Source: Leucoraja ocellata (lineage: Eukaryota). From it: 64,000 nt of DNA. The notes below the pieces were generated by a model that ran no database searches, was not told where the DNA came from, and worked only from the letters and a program-made list of their open reading frames with translations. Each line of letters begins with the position of its first letter. Position 1 is the stretch's first letter. Made by a program: the position numbers and the translations under genes. Positions 13,291 through 27,184 of the stretch are shown here, piece after piece. Location of the stretch: contig JAWMAR010000023.1 in assembly GCA_036785375.1 (NCBI GenBank), positions 6,634,001 to 6,698,000 on the forward strand, written 5' to 3'.

Positions 13291-13875
13291 GTGAAGTGAC
13301 AAGCCTACTGAACTGATCGTATGTGAAGCAAGCTCCTTGGGTTGTTCCACAAAGATTTTCAAGATTGTAATGACATGCTTAGCAAACATTCATGCTAACC
13401 TATGCAGTCTACAACAATCATATATATTTTTTCATTATTTTAACCTTGGGTTTTATTTTCCTCCCTCATTTTCCCTCCATATATCTTTTCTCTTTTTTCT
13501 CTTCCTTCTCCCTCATTTCCTATTTTTCCTTCCTTATTCTTACCCCTCTCTTCATCAATCATTATCAGTATGACTAATAGACGTAATGTTTCCTGCAAAT
13601 TGATCTGGAAGAGGTTACTGCCTTGTCCAGAATGTGTGTTCTGTTTTTGATATGTTTGAACATGGCTCCCTCCTCCTGGGGCTTGTGTAACATTCAATGA
13701 TCAGTCATGCTACTGCTATTCACAAACACTCAATTATTATTCAGGCTCCAATATTATAATTCCATGAAAAACAGGTAATTCTGTGGGCAGGAAATGAGTG
13801 ATTAAAACATCAAGAATGACGCTGCGACTGTTAGACTTTAAAAATATTTTAAAAATCAATCCTACTCTCAACAGA

Positions 13876-14008
13876 ATGTGTAGGAAGAAACTGTAGATGC
13901 TGGTTTACACCGAAAATAGACACAAAATGCTGGAGTAACTGAGTAGGACAGGCGGCATCTCTGGATAGAAGGATTGGGTGACGTTTCGGGTTGAGACCCT
14001 TCTTCAGG
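13876..14008 (-). mobile_element. Penelope-derived terminal repeat with intact minimal hammerhead core
   Basis: Minus strand 14007-13980 reads CTGAAGA-AGGGTCTCAACCC-GAAA-CG-TC. Confidence 0.75.
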
Positions 14009-14609
14009 CCCTGTCTATTCTCAACAGTGTTATTTTATCTGATCCCACCCAAAATGTCTCGGAACAAAGCCAGATTTTCAATTACACCAAATCAGGAAAT
14101 GGGGATTAACCTAGAGAGCGGCATGATATGAGGACTACGTCTGAGAGTGGGGGATGAAAAGAAAATAGGAGTACAAGTGTTGGAGAAGGAGTAATATAAA
14201 TGTAGCATTTTGTCTGTGCCTTTAGCTTTTATGTGACTTAAAATCACAACCTATTGGCTAAGTGAGGTCATATATCCCATTGTTCAGAACCAACAGGAGA
14301 GAAAGGCTTCTAAACAGTCAGACAGACAGCATTTTCATGTTGGGATGGTTCTTCATCCCATTGAGAGATAGCACTTTCAGGGTAGAAGGGCACCTGAACC
14401 ATAATGAAAATCAGCATCTTCAGTGGAGGATGGGATTGAACCAGAGGGCTTTCTGGGAGGTGGTGTCCCAGAAACCCGGTCAGAGCATCTGCAGGGATCA
14501 TTTGGCCCTGAATCCAGGAAAAGTCAGCTTCTTTCCCGCGAGAGAGAAAGGGAAAAAATTAGTTCTTGCAATCTGTTAAATCAAAAATAATTTTGAGGCG
14601 ATGGTTGGC

Positions 14610-14828
14610 ATACTGCGTACATTATTGTCCATTATGTTCCATTATTTATTATGTAAAAGAATATGTGTGTTATGATTGTGTTTATAATTTGTTTGGTTGT
14701 TTTGTTGTTTGTCTTTTGCACAAAAGTCCGCGAGCATTGCCACTTTCATTTCACTGCACATCTCGTATGTGTATGTGACAAATAAACTTGACTTGACTTG
14801 ACTTGACTTGACTTGACTTGACTTGACA
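14610..14828 (+). mobile_element. Rex1-type LINE 3' end with (ACTTG)n tail
   Basis: tttcactgcacatctcgtatgtgtatgtgacaaataa followed by about 9 ACTTG units (14785-14828). Confidence 0.7.
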
Positions 14829-14904
14829 TACATGTCCTTCAGCATTTGGCACCTCTGTTTTGTTTACATTGTCATTTGCTTTAACTTCAGCCAATTAAAC
14901 TATG

Positions 14905-15770
14905 AGACAGACACAAAAAGCTGGAGTAACTCAGCGGGTCAGGCAGCATCTCTGGAGAAAAGGAATAGGTTACGTTTTTGTTCAAGACCCTTTTTCAGAC
15001 TGTGGGTCAGGGGGAATGGGAATGAGAGATACGGACAGTGCTTAGGAGATATAAATGAAAGATATGTAAAAAGCAGCGATAATCAAGGAATTGTGGAGTA
15101 CACGATTGGCTACTGTTGGATGTGGGAGAGGTGACAACGAGTAAACAGAGGGACGCAACAGAATGACAGTAAAAATAACGGTCTGAAGAAGGGTCTCGTC
15201 CTGAAACATCACCCATTCCTTCTCTCCAGAGATGCTGCCTGTCCCACTGAGTTACTCAAGCATTTTGTGTCAATCTTCTGTGTAAACCAGCTTCAGCAGT
15301 TCCTTCCTAAATAGTAAAACTTATATGATGACTAGGATGGGGGAGGGATGATGAGGCAAGGGTTTCTTGGTTAGATAAATCAATATTTATACTACTGGGT
15401 TGTAAGCTGCCCAAGTGAAATATGATATGCTATTCCTCTAATTTACATTTGGCCTCACTCTGACAATGGAGGAGGCCCAGGACAGAAAGGTCAGTGTGGA
15501 AATGGGAAGGGGAGTTAAAGTGTTTGACAACTGGGAGATCATGTAGGCCGAGGAGGACTGGGCGAAGGTGTACAGCGATGCGATCACCGAGTCTGCGCTT
15601 GGTCTCGCCGATATATAGGAGCTGACACCTGGAGCAGCGGATACAGTAGATGAGGTTGGAGGAGGTGCAGGTGAACCTCTGCCTCACCTGAAAGAACTGT
15701 TGTTGGTCCCTGGGCAGTCGAGGGAGGAGGGATAGGAACAGGTATTGCATCTCCTGCGGTTGCGAGAACG
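14905..15770 (-). mobile_element. Penelope-like element remnant: GIY-YIG endonuclease region plus 3' terminal repeat, with an opposed terminal-repeat copy at 15180-15310
   Basis: ORF 15430-15870 contains FTCTSSNLIYCIRCSRCQLLYIGETKRRLGDR..H...PVVKHFN (GIY-YIG with Cys/His motif); the downstream sequence ends in the same ~130-bp repeat dispersed through the window. Confidence 0.9.
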
Positions 15771-16339
15771 GGAGCTCTGATGTGACAATAAAGAATAAAT
15801 GATACCGAGCCCTCCCAAAAATAATAGACCTAGAGAATGAAAATGTACTCTGAGTTCCAATTCTAATCACAGAAGGAAGCTGGAATCCAAACCCGATTCA
15901 GTGAGTAAGTTATTAGTCACTGTAAGGCTCCTCGTGACGGAGATACTATAATACTGAAGGAAGTATGACATGCGATCTGACCCATGCATTTAATTGATTG
16001 ATTCAGCATACTGGCTAACTATTGCAACATATCAGTTGGGTGACTGAACTGTGTATTGGCAACAATCTATGGCTATTATGTAAGTTGACCGTTGAGAGGT
16101 CAGAGGAAGCCAAGCCAATTACCGACACATGACACACTGGATCAATGTGAAATGCTGAATAGTTAACATTAGCCAGGTGACACTGCCCCTCCAAGTCAGC
16201 AGGCAATGTGGCTGAAGTTTTATTCCGTAGGTTTGAAGCTCATAATATAGGCCAGAGCATTATGGAGGGAGATTTTATCTTTGAGATGAGATGTTAACCT
16301 GTTGGAACTCTCACATGAATGTAAAAGGTCCTGTAGTGC

Positions 16340-16600
16340 CAGGAGATACAGCATGGGAACAGGCCTTTCACACCACCGAGTCCATGCATTTACTGTAGCT
16401 TCATATTATCCCATTTTCTCATCCACTCCTGGCACACCAGGGGCAATTTACAGAGGCTAATTAACCCACAAACCGCCACATCTTTGGGATGTGGGAGGAA
16501 ACTGGAGTACCCAGAGGAAACCCACGTGATCAAAGGGAGAATGTGCAAACTCTACACAGGCAGCAAAGGTCAGGATCTAACCCGGGTCTTTGGAATGCTT
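16340..16600 (-). mobile_element. V-SINE/HE1-like tRNA-derived SINE
   Basis: tgtgggaggaaactggagtacccagaggaaacccacg...gggagaatgtgcaaactc is the reverse complement of the V-SINE core. Confidence 0.75.
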
Positions 16601-16694
16601 GGTGCAATACCAGGCAAAGTCTAAGAGCCTTGAGCCCGTCATTTATTGCACAGAACTGGTGGCCGCTTTGATTTCAACAACTGTATACTAACCA

Positions 16695-16823
16695 CCTGAA
16701 GAAGGGTCTCGAACCGAAACGTCACCCATTCCTTCTCTCCAGAGACGTTGCCTGTCCCACTGAGTTACGTCAGCATGTTGTGTCTACTATCGATTTACAC
16801 CAGCATCTGCAGTTCTTTCCTAA
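16695..16823 (+). mobile_element. Penelope-derived terminal repeat with minimal hammerhead core
   Basis: 16696-16723 CTGAAGA-AGGGTCTCGAACC-GAAA-CG-TC. Confidence 0.75.
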
Positions 16824-17099
16824 CCATCGCACATAATCAGCTGGCCCATGTATAGCTTCCAAGTTGAGCGATTACATCAAAGTTTTCTAAAGGATTGGTG
16901 TCGGTAAACTGGAGACATGAACATAGGTACAAACAGAATTACATGTGAGTTACCCATAGTGACACCTCCTATCACATGATCTTATGATCTTAGGGACAGA
17001 GGATGATGAAACTACACAGTACCTAAAATTCTTAAAGAAGATCTATCTGTTGCAAGAACAATGCTTTGGATTCCTTGGATATATACCAGATAAAGTTGA

Positions 17100-19160
17100 T
17101 CAAGTTCAGTCACGTCAAGTTGAGTTTATTGTCAGATGCACAAGTATTGTGAACTACAGATACCAATGAAAATCTTACTTACAGCAGCATTACGGATGTA
17201 AAGACTCGCACAACACACAAAAACATAAATTCTAGTTTAGTTTAGTTTATTATTGTCACATGTACCAAGGTACAGTCAAAAGCTTTGTTTGCATGTTCTC
17301 CAGTCAAAGGAAAGACCGTACATGATTACATTCAAGCCGACTACACTGCACAGATAAAGAGTACAACATTTAGTGCAAAACAAAGTCTGACAAAGTCTAA
17401 TTAAAGATAGTTCAAAGGACTCCAATGAGGTAGACAAGGAGGTCTATGATGTGATTATCTATGACATGATGGTGGATGTAGATAGGAGGTCAGGGCCACA
17501 GAGAGCACCATTCAGTTACCTGATAACAGGTTGGAAGAAACTGTTCCTAAATCTGGAGGTATGTGTTTTCAATCTTCTGGACCTCTTGCCTGACGGGAGA
17601 GAGGAGAGGGCGAAGAGGGTGAAACTGGTCCTTGTTTATGCTGGTGGCCTTGCTGAGGCAGCGTGAAGTTTAGATAGAGTCAATGGAAGGGAGGTTGGTT
17701 TGTGCGATAGTTTGTGCTACATCCACAACTCTCTGCAATTTCTTGCAGGTTTGCATGGAGTTGTTCCCAAACCAGGCTGTGATGCATCCTGATAAAATAC
17801 TTTCTATTGCACATCTGTAGAATTCAGTGAGGGTTGTTGGGGATGTGCTGAACTTCCTAAGTCTTCAAAGGAAGTAAAGGCATTGGTATGCTTTCTTGGC
17901 CATAGCTTCAATGTGGCTGGTCCATGACAAATTGCTGGTGATATTTTTTCTTAGGAACTTGAAGCTTTCGACCATCTTCACCTTGGCACCATCAATGTAT
18001 GTACTACTTTGTTTCCAAAAGTCAATCACAATTCTCCCTTTGTCTTGCTGACAATAAGGAAGAGGTTAAATACACAAAATGCTGAAGTTACTCAGCGGGA
18101 CAGGCAGCATCTCTGGAGAGAAGGAATGGGTGACATTTCGGGTGGAGACCCTTCTTCAGACTGATAGTGTGTCTCTCTTTAGTCCACCATCTGCAGTTCC
18201 TTCATACACAATAAGGGAGAGGTTGTTGTCTTGGCACCAGGTTAAAAGGTTCTCAATCTCCTTTTTGTACTCCGGGCCACTGTGGTGGTGTTGGCTGCGA
18301 ACTTGTAAATTGAGTTGGTAATTAGCTGCAGTCATGAGAGTATAAGGAGAATAGTAGGCTGAAACCGCATCCTTGTAGGGCACCAATGTTGAATTATCAT
18401 AGGGGATGATTTGTCACCCATCCTCACTTATTGGGGTCTGTTGGTCAAGAAGTTGAGGATCCAGTTGCAGAGGGGAGTGCTCACTCCAAATTCCACGTGT
18501 TTGGTGATGAGCTTGGTTGCGATAATGGTATTGAAAGCAGAGGTATAGTCGGTGAACAGGAGTTTGACTTAGGTGTCCTTCTTATCCAGGTGTTCTAAGG
18601 ATGAGTGTAGGGCCAGGAAGATGGCATCAGTGGAGTACCTGTCATGGTGGTAGCTGATCTGTAGTGGATCAAGGCTGCTTGGCAGGCTAGAGTTAATGTG
18701 TGCCATAACCAGCCTCTCAAAGCACTTTATGATGGTGGATGTTAAGGCCACTCGACAGTAATCATTAAGGCATGACATCTTGATTTTGTTTGGAAAAAGG
18801 ATGATAGTAGTCTTCTTGAAGGAGGTGAGTACCTCCAAACAGAATAAGGAGAGATTAAAGGTGTTTGTGAACACCCCTACCAGTCAGTCCACGCATTTTG
18901 TAAGGACATGGAAAGACTGTGCAATACATGTCGACCTGTTGTGGCAATAAGTAAATTGAAGAGGATCCAGATTATTTCTGAGACAGCAGTGCCATAACCA
19001 GTGCCACTTAATTACGGTGGGTATAAGTGCTACTGGACAATAGTCATTGAGGCAGGTCACAGTGCTCTTCTTGGGCACCAGTATAATAGATAAAACTTTT
19101 TGAAGCAAGTGGGAACTTAATTCTGTGGAAGTGCGAGGCTGAAGATGTCCTTGAATACTC
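17100..19160 (-). mobile_element. Rex1/Babar LINE remnant(s) with degraded RT; Penelope repeat inserted at about 18070-18210
   Basis: ORFs 18569-18874 and 18884-19108: FKKTTII..P.K..SCLNDY..VALT..I.KCFERLV...I...LDPLQ..Y..NRST motif occurs twice; tail near 17100-17270. Confidence 0.85.
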
Positions 19161-21029
19161 TAGCGTGTTGGTTCATTTGCATTAACAAAAGAGGCAATGT
19201 ATAATCCTTTTGCAAAGGTCTGCTTTGGCATGAATACCTCGCTGCTCATGGACAGCAGATGCATGACATTGATACAGAAATATGCTACCACTGCCAGATC
19301 TGAAAACAAAAAAAATAATTCTGGGCCTTCTCCAACAGCAACACTGCCACCTTCTGCAGCTGATAAAATTGTTTCAGTCAATCTGCTCCTTTGTATCTGT
19401 AAACATACACACCCTTTGCTACTAAATATTAGCATCACAATTCTGGTGTGGGTTAGGACTAAGACCAAATACGCTTAGTCCTATGATGCAGCAGAAAGAC
19501 TGAAAATGTAGGAAACGATATGCTAAATCATCACGTGACAGCGACGTCTGGTTTAAAAAGTCTACATCCTCATTTATTTCCTCTTCCACAGTTATTTATT
19601 CTACATTTGTAGCATAACCTGTCTGGCAGCCCATGTTACACTATCTTACTGCTGCACGAGTGCCCTTTTTGTTCCATCGATTGACCAGTTTGTTGCTGCA
19701 TGAATACATTTAGAAACTCAATTCACCAGACTGAAAAGCTCACAATGTAAAATAAACTGGAGTTGAATCTTTCCCTCAGAGAGAATACCAAGGAAATCTA
19801 TGTTCAGCAATTACCTGGGGAAATAAAGGAAACACGCACTCACACCTGCTATTAAATGTTGGATAGTGTGCATGGATATTACAGATATGATATGGTGTGT
19901 GATTTACATTACAGTATCTTAACCAATATCATAGAGTACTGCAATAATATTACCGAGTACCTGCACTTTTATCTTGATACTAATATTTGTCACACAACAT
20001 CATCACTGTTTTAAGATATCCTAATTAATATTACAGTGCCTGATTTATATCCAGATTAATTAATGTGAAATTTGTCTTTGGAATTGAAAATGGCTTGCTC
20101 TCATTCTATTTTCATGGTTTCTGAGGTGACAATTTCTGGACTGGAGCAGTCCTTCCACCATTTACACAAGGCTTCCATGCACTCTTAATGCATGGAATTG
20201 ATTCTCAATATCATTCCAAATGTGCCTTCTCTACTTTGAGTGGCCATGAGCTAGCAATTCCAGGAAGCAGTGAAGATGTGACATTTTTCAAGGAGGCTTT
20301 GTGTATATTCTTGAAATGTTCTCAGTTCACCTGGTAATCGTTTTCTGCAAGAGAGGCTGGAATAGCGTATCTGTTTTGGAGACTCTTGTGTCAAGCATGT
20401 CAATGATGTGGCTTGCTCAGCACAGCTAACCGTGTTACTAGTAACTGTGTTACTGGTGCTTCAGTGCTAAGGATGTTGGCCTGGGGGAGCACACTGACTT
20501 GGAATAGTTGAAAGAAAGAATGCAGATCACAAACTAGTTTGCTTTAATGAATGTAAACTAAACTCTGCAATTTTATTTAATATGGTGGGACAGCTAGAAT
20601 TCTGTGTCATACGACACCAGTGGCTTCCTGCAGCAACATATTATGTTATGTTCCATCCAAGTTGCAGTCGATGACGAGAGAGGCATACTTGTTTCATTGG
20701 ATGATTGAAGGGAGCGGGGGAGGGTTCTGTGGAGCATGATGACCTGGGGAGTGGGGGGGGGTTAACAACTCCACATGGGAGACAATGGTGCCCTGCATAC
20801 AGAAACTGGTCACACTACTAATGTATAGAATCAAAAGTACTAGAAATGAATAGAACCAATAGCACTAGAAATGTATAGGTGGAACAACATTATGAATGTT
20901 TTTCTCTACTTTGGATTTCTTGTATATATTTTTATCAATAAAGTTTATTTTGAAATAATAAAGCTACAATGAAATTACAGCCACAATTCAGGCATGATGG
21001 TAGAAAATGGCTGCTTTAAAGATACACCT

Positions 21030-21460
21030 TTGTCAGGCAAATTGGATGAGAAATGTCATCTTCATAAAGTGAGTTTCAGTCAATATTTGGTAGTCATCTG
21101 TGTATATACCCCAATCTCGAAAGCTTTGTTTGAAGCCAAGGAGATCTTCAATCTTGAAAAAATACCTGGTCCATATTTCAGAGGGAACAAGCTGATCTTT
21201 CTGATCAATATCAACGTTGGGGTTAGAAGGGATACAACCCTCTGGCAAGGTATGATTAGTAAGGGAGGAGTGGGGAAGGTTAACTCCAAAGCGGTTATTT
21301 TCCTAACAAAATGTTTAGAACAAGTCTTGTCATATTGGACATACAATTTGTCAGAAGGACTGTCCCAAAACCTCATGGAAACACCACCTGTCCAAGAACA
21401 GACCTCTATTATACTAAATTACTGTCCAAGTGAGAGATCGCAAAGATATCCGTATCATTT
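21030..21460 (+). mobile_element. RTE-clade LINE AP-endonuclease remnant
   Basis: ICVYTP...KEIF...KLIFLININVGV.RD...WQGMI.K.GVGKVNS resembles the RTE APE motif YAPT..KE.FY..KLILLGDFNARVG.D...W.GVIG..G.GK.N. Confidence 0.7.
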
Positions 21461-22349
21461 ATGTGTAAGAAGGAACTGCAGATGCTGTTTTACACCGCAG
21501 ATAAACATTAAATGCTGGAGTAACACAATGGATCAGGCAGCATCAGGCAGGTTGAGACCCTTCATCAGACTGAGAGTCAGGGAGGGGAACGCTAGAGGCA
21601 TGGGAAGGTACCGAACAAAACACCAAACATCATTTATACGAGACAGCTACTGATGATTGCTGGAATAGTCTATAATATTCTGGAATATTAAATAATTATG
21701 ACTGATGTTTGATGAAAGAATGATTTGAATGAATATATCTTTCACATTCCGTTCAGAATATCCCAAAGCATTTTCTATCCAGTGAAATGTTTAAAATCAA
21801 TTATGTAATGATAGAAGTGTGTAAAATCATGAATATTTCCATTAGATAAAAAATAAACAATAAGTTCAGTAAGCAGAGGACACAGATTTAATGTCAAGAT
21901 TCAAGAGTGTTTAACTGTCATATGTACTGAAACGAAATGATGAAATTCTTACTTGCAGCAGCACAACAGGTTTGTAAACATTGGTAAAACTATCAATAAT
22001 GACACGTGGAAATATAGCATGTGACTGCACACGCCGTAAATCGCCTCCCACTCAGTTTTAAACAAATAAAGTAATACTCTGAGTCTAATCTAGCTTGCTC
22101 CATGTTGCAGCAGCAGTCAGTGAACGTGCTGCACTTCATGTCACTCCTTTCTGCGTGACTCCCTTCAGCACGCTAGTAGACTGATATAATTGCACAATCC
22201 CTCTATTGTTTAAACTCCTGGTGTTGGTTCTTTTTCAAATTATGGATGTATTATTTTAATTTCAGTTTTAACACAAGAGTTTCTATTTAAAGGAGAGGGA
22301 ATGAAATGTGACACAGCTAGCACCAGATGCAAATATTATTTAAAAACAT

Positions 22350-22770
22350 AGCACCACTTGGTTGTGATCTTGTCTGTTAGAAAGTTATGGGCTCAAGTAT
22401 CCTCTCCAGAGACATGAGCAATATAATCTTGATTAACATTCCAGTGCAGTTGTAAGGGACATTCTGTTGTCATTTTCTTTCAGGTAAGACAATAAATGCA
22501 GCTTCTGTCTCGTCTCTCAGGTGGATATAAATATTCCCAAGGTATTAATTGGAAGAAGCACAATTGCCCTCATTGCTCTGGCCTATAATTATTTCCCACA
22601 CAACATAATTTAAAATATGGTTTGCTCATGTCACAATGTGTTTATAGAAGCTTGCCACTTAGTTAGCTGCTCTATTCCTACAGTAGCAACTGGACGGCAA
22701 AAACACTTAATTGCTATTAAACACCTTTGAATGTTCTGAGATCAGAAGTTAATACAAGGCCATTGCTTTA
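22350..22770 (+). mobile_element. ancient DeuSINE (SacSINE1-like)
   Basis: gggctcaagt...ctccagagacatgagca...tccagtgcagt...ctctcaggtggat..aaa..tccca matches the DeuSINE/SacSINE1 consensus as recalled. Confidence 0.65.
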
Positions 22771-24099
22771 ATCGTTTCAAGACATGATAAGTATAAACTC
22801 ATCAAGGTGCAGAGAATAAGGCAATGTTCCTGGATTGAAACAAAATAAATCAGGAAATAAATATAGGAAACACCAATGAGACCTAACATCAGACTAGAGC
22901 TTTGCATTCCTACATCTCTTTCACTTAAATACTAATTTTCCAATTAAAGCACTGGCCCTCTAATTTAAAAAGAACAATAGATTCCTGAACGGGTAGGTGC
23001 TAATCATTGTATTTTTCTGACTTTTGGGAACATTTAATATCTTTTACTATTTATGTAAATAAATGTTTTTGTTGTTTATTGTTATTGGTGGATTTATCCT
23101 CTGCATATTTTTGGTTATTCTGTCTTGTGTTCTCCAACATAATCTCTGTGCAATTGTTCATGGATTTTTTATTTCCATTCTCCCTCTGCTTCTCTCTATT
23201 TCAGTTATCCTCACTTTCTGTATCTCCTACTTTTTCACAATCTCTCCATATCTTATACCCTTTTCTGTGTATTTTCCTTATTTCCATCACTGATTGTTTT
23301 CTATTATTTCTTCTCATTATTTGCTCCATTTTCTTTTGTTGCTATTTTTTCTCACTTTCTGATCCCTTTGTAGCAGGTATTTGTGTCTGTCACTATCTCT
23401 GTTCCTATCAGTCCTTCCTCTCCTTAAACCAGTTGTACCAGTCCACTCCCTCTCCTGCCTTTGAGCTGCCCTAAGCAAAACCCAGTAACAGCCTCACACC
23501 TTCCTTTTTTTTTAAGGACATAATGTTCTGCACAGCTTTTGTTAGGTTTGTCCTTAAAAGAATCACTAATACTCCAGTCAACTATATTGACTGTAAATTG
23601 AGGAATAAACTAATGCTTTTATGGAGAAAAGTTTTTGTCAATCTTTGGCTCTCAATTCCCTTGCAACACAAGTCCAGCCTTTAACCCTTTTGCTGCTGTA
23701 TTTCATAAGAACTGTGATTTCAGTCATACTTTCTATCCCTGTGATGTCTGTAATCCTCTGTTTTAAATCTGCACATTAAACTGGGTCCCAATTCTGAATG
23801 CTTGATTGGTTTTTAAAATCCAAAGCAGCTGCAGAAGCATAACTAAAAAGTTGGAAGTGTAGTTAAACATGTTTTTAAGTATTGCTCAAAACAGCTGTGA
23901 ATTCCCATCAAAATTCATTGAAGTTCTGGCAGCCAAAGGGTGGGAAAAGGTAATCAATTTATCCACTGCATTGTAACGAAATGTGAATCCTCCTCTGCCC
24001 TCACTATTTAAAGCAGTGGCTGGGTTGGGCATTAGTGCATTAGTACATCTGTACATAAACATTCTTCTGGAATATTAAAGCATGACTGTGGCTATTTTC

Positions 24100-24790
24100 A
24101 AAACATAGAACATGGAACCTTACAGCACAAGAACAGGCCCTTTGACCCACAATGTCTTTGCTGAACGTGATGCTAAGACCATCATTTACCGACCTGCACA
24201 TAATACATATCCCCTCCATTCCCTGCATATCCAAAGTCTCTTAAATGCCACTATCATAAATGCCCCAACCACCAACCTCAGCAGTGCATTCCAGGCATTC
24301 ATCATCCTCTATGGGGGGGGGGGGGGGGGGGAAGCTTGTCCAGCACAATTCCTTTCAACATTACCCTCTCACCTTAAAACTATGCCCTCTATTATTTAAT
24401 TTATCCATCCTGGGAAAAAGGTTCTGACTGTCTACCCTATCTATGCCTCTTAGAATTTTATGTATTTCAATCAGGTCTACTTGCAACATCCAGCATTCCA
24501 GAGCAAAATAATTCGTCTGTCCAACCTCTCCCTGTTGCTAATACCCCCTAATCCAGGCATAATTCTGGTAAACCTCTGCACTCTTTCCAAAGCCTCCACA
24601 TCCTTCCCGTAATGGAGCTATCAAAATTGCACACAATGTTCCAAAAGTGGCCTAACCAAAATCCTATAACTCTACATCACGACGTCCTGACGTTTATACT
24701 CAATGCATACCATATGCTTTCTTTTTGATTCTATCTACTTGTGCTGCAACTTTCCAGGAATTATGGACTTGGAACCCAAGTTCCCTCTGT
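24100..24790 (-). mobile_element. CR1 LINE 3' fragment
   Basis: catagaacatggaac...acagcacaagaacaggccctt tail plus decayed ORF2 C-terminus. Confidence 0.75.
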
Positions 24791-27094
24791 ATAAAAGTGG
24801 GACAACTCATGAAAGAAAGGAAGCAAAAAGGGAGGAGAAAATGTAATAGTTATCAATTGCAAACACATATATATTTGACCAGCAAAACAAAATTACCATC
24901 TTAATCAGTTGATTCCTTGTAGGCCATCAGTAGTTTTACTGTGGATAAGTCCAAGTTAAGCATTTGGCAAATGCAAGACTGACATCAGGGAGAATATGAG
25001 GCCAATCGGACTCATTGTTTGTTGATGGTTAAGTTTAATTTCAGCCTACGGATCATGCTCAACATTTAGTGGGTTATAGAATAAAAATATTATACATTCA
25101 GGATTAATTGCCAGCCTCATTCAGAGAAGACGCAAACATAAATGGAGTAGGAAAAGGAAATGTTAACATTACCTGGTATACATTGATTTGATGAAAGTTA
25201 GATATAAAGCACATTTTGAGAAGCGATGAAAGGGAGCATCTAACCTGGGCCATGGCTGACTTGGAAATGCTTAATGATGAAGTTGCTTTTGCACCAAGAG
25301 TGACATCTATCACTCAAATGAAAGCAAGCAAAAGCCTAAAATCTGAATTCCATCTAGAAATATTCTGAGGGCTTGAAATTCTATAATCTATTATATATTA
25401 CTAACTACCACGCTTTAGTTTGTAGCTTCTATAAATATTGTTCTTCTTCGGTCTCTTCAACAATCTTCTTCAGAGCAGAACAATAAAATGTTGTTCCTCT
25501 TCAGTCTATTATTTTTTTAAATCATATATAATCCAGGTACTTTTACTCAAAATAGATAACGACCAATTAGAGGTAATAATGAAATGTGATTCATCTGCAA
25601 ACAACATTGCAAAACCCACCGAGGACTGTTCTGAAATTTAACTAATATTCTGTGCACAAATTAATTTGTCGATTTTGATTTATTTCCCATGGCAAACCTT
25701 GACAAACAACCATGTTTCTTTCCCTCCGTCTTTTGAATCACTGATTCTTCTTAGGATACCCATGACATGTGTCTCTCATACCTTATGCAGGAAACCAAAC
25801 TATGGCTGCTCATGGAAACAAACTTTTTTCTATGGTCTATTCACACCTGGATTGTGCTTGAGAAATGCTACATAATGTTTGCCAGGATTGGAAGATTTGC
25901 TAGATTTAAAAAAATAGTATTACTATTGCAAGCTTCTAATCAGTGAGAAAAAAGTAGGCGTTGACATGTAGGCTTACACATACACAACAATTATGCAGAT
26001 ACAGAGATATACACACAAGCACAGATACACAGACCCACACACAATCTGTGATATCAAATGCATTTATTTTAGTGACAAGCCTGCCCATATACTCTTCACA
26101 TTCATCCAGGTTGTTAAAGATAGAGAAGGTGGGGAGGATTTAGAAAATGGTTTGTTGTACAAAATAGCCAGGGAGAGTGAAGACATATATTTATTTATAT
26201 GCAAATACCTATACAAATACATGTCAATGTACACGCTCCTGAAGGGAATACTGCAAGCCAAGATTTTTTTTTTCTGGAGGAACTCAGGGGGTCAGGCAGC
26301 ATCTATGGAGTGAAATGGGCAGATGGGATTTTGGGTCAGGACTCTTCCTCTGACAGTTTAAAAACTTTTGCATTCATTTTTGCAAATTTTAAAGTAACCT
26401 TTTATGGCCTATACCTTTTATGCACGGAATAGATAATATCTGGAATGTGCTGCCAGAGGAGGTGTGGTGTCAGATACAATTACTACCTTTGCGAGGCATT
26501 TAAGAAAGACATTTAAGTAGGCAAGGCATAAACGCACACAGTTCTAGTATAGATGGGCAAAGAGATCAGCATCGACATGGTTGGCCGAAAGGCCCTTTTC
26601 ACTGCTGTAAACCTCTGTTACAAAACTTTAGATGAACGGATCTAGCCAACCAAACGTTTAAATGCTCCTCCGGCACTTCGTGTCTTCTTTTGTATCTACA
26701 TTTCCTTGTTTCTACTTTAAACATTTAAATGTACTGATACATGAATCTTGTACCAATCTAAAAGCCACATTGCCAGGCAACACAAAACAGAAGACATAGC
26801 CACAAGGAACTGCAGCTGCTGGTTAATAAAAAAAACTTAAGATCGATGTTGTTTCAATTTGCCTTTGTATATTGGCTTCTGCAAGACTTAAGTCATTTCG
26901 ATGGACAGTGGTGGACCCCACTAAATTAAATTCACAATAAAACTGGTTTCACTTATCTCTTCATTGCTACCTTTTCAGGTTAAGTGTTAAATGAGGATAA
27001 AGGACGAGTGGTCACAGTTTTTAATTTTAGGTTTGTATTTTCCCTTTTTGCAGATAATTCCTCTTTAAGGCAGAGGTAAGTAAGTGTGCTGACT

Positions 27095-27180
27095 GTAAGC
27101 CGTGGGCGGGAGGAAGACGTCCTGATAATGACATCAGAATTCAGAGCCCGCCTTTATTAAGCAAACTGCGGAGCATATTG
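27095..27180 (+). promoter_or_regulatory. ERRFI1: putative ERRFI1 core promoter
   Basis: CpG-enriched patch with EGR/GC-box-like CCGTGGGCGGG (27100-27110), CRE/AP1-like TGACATCA (27129-27136) and TATA-like TTTATTAA (27153-27160), followed by a strong splice donor. Confidence 0.6.
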
Positions 27181-27184
27181 CAAC

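Noticed and set aside
16340-16600. tRNA gene
   Set aside because: The B-box-like sequence belongs to a decayed tRNA-derived SINE; no cloverleaf
20994-21653. 219-aa ORF as a host gene
   Set aside because: Chimera of an RTE endonuclease remnant and a Penelope repeat
23007-23474. 155-aa hydrophobic ORF resembling a membrane protein
   Set aside because: Arises from T/C-rich low-complexity DNA (F/L/S/C bias) and has a non-ATG start
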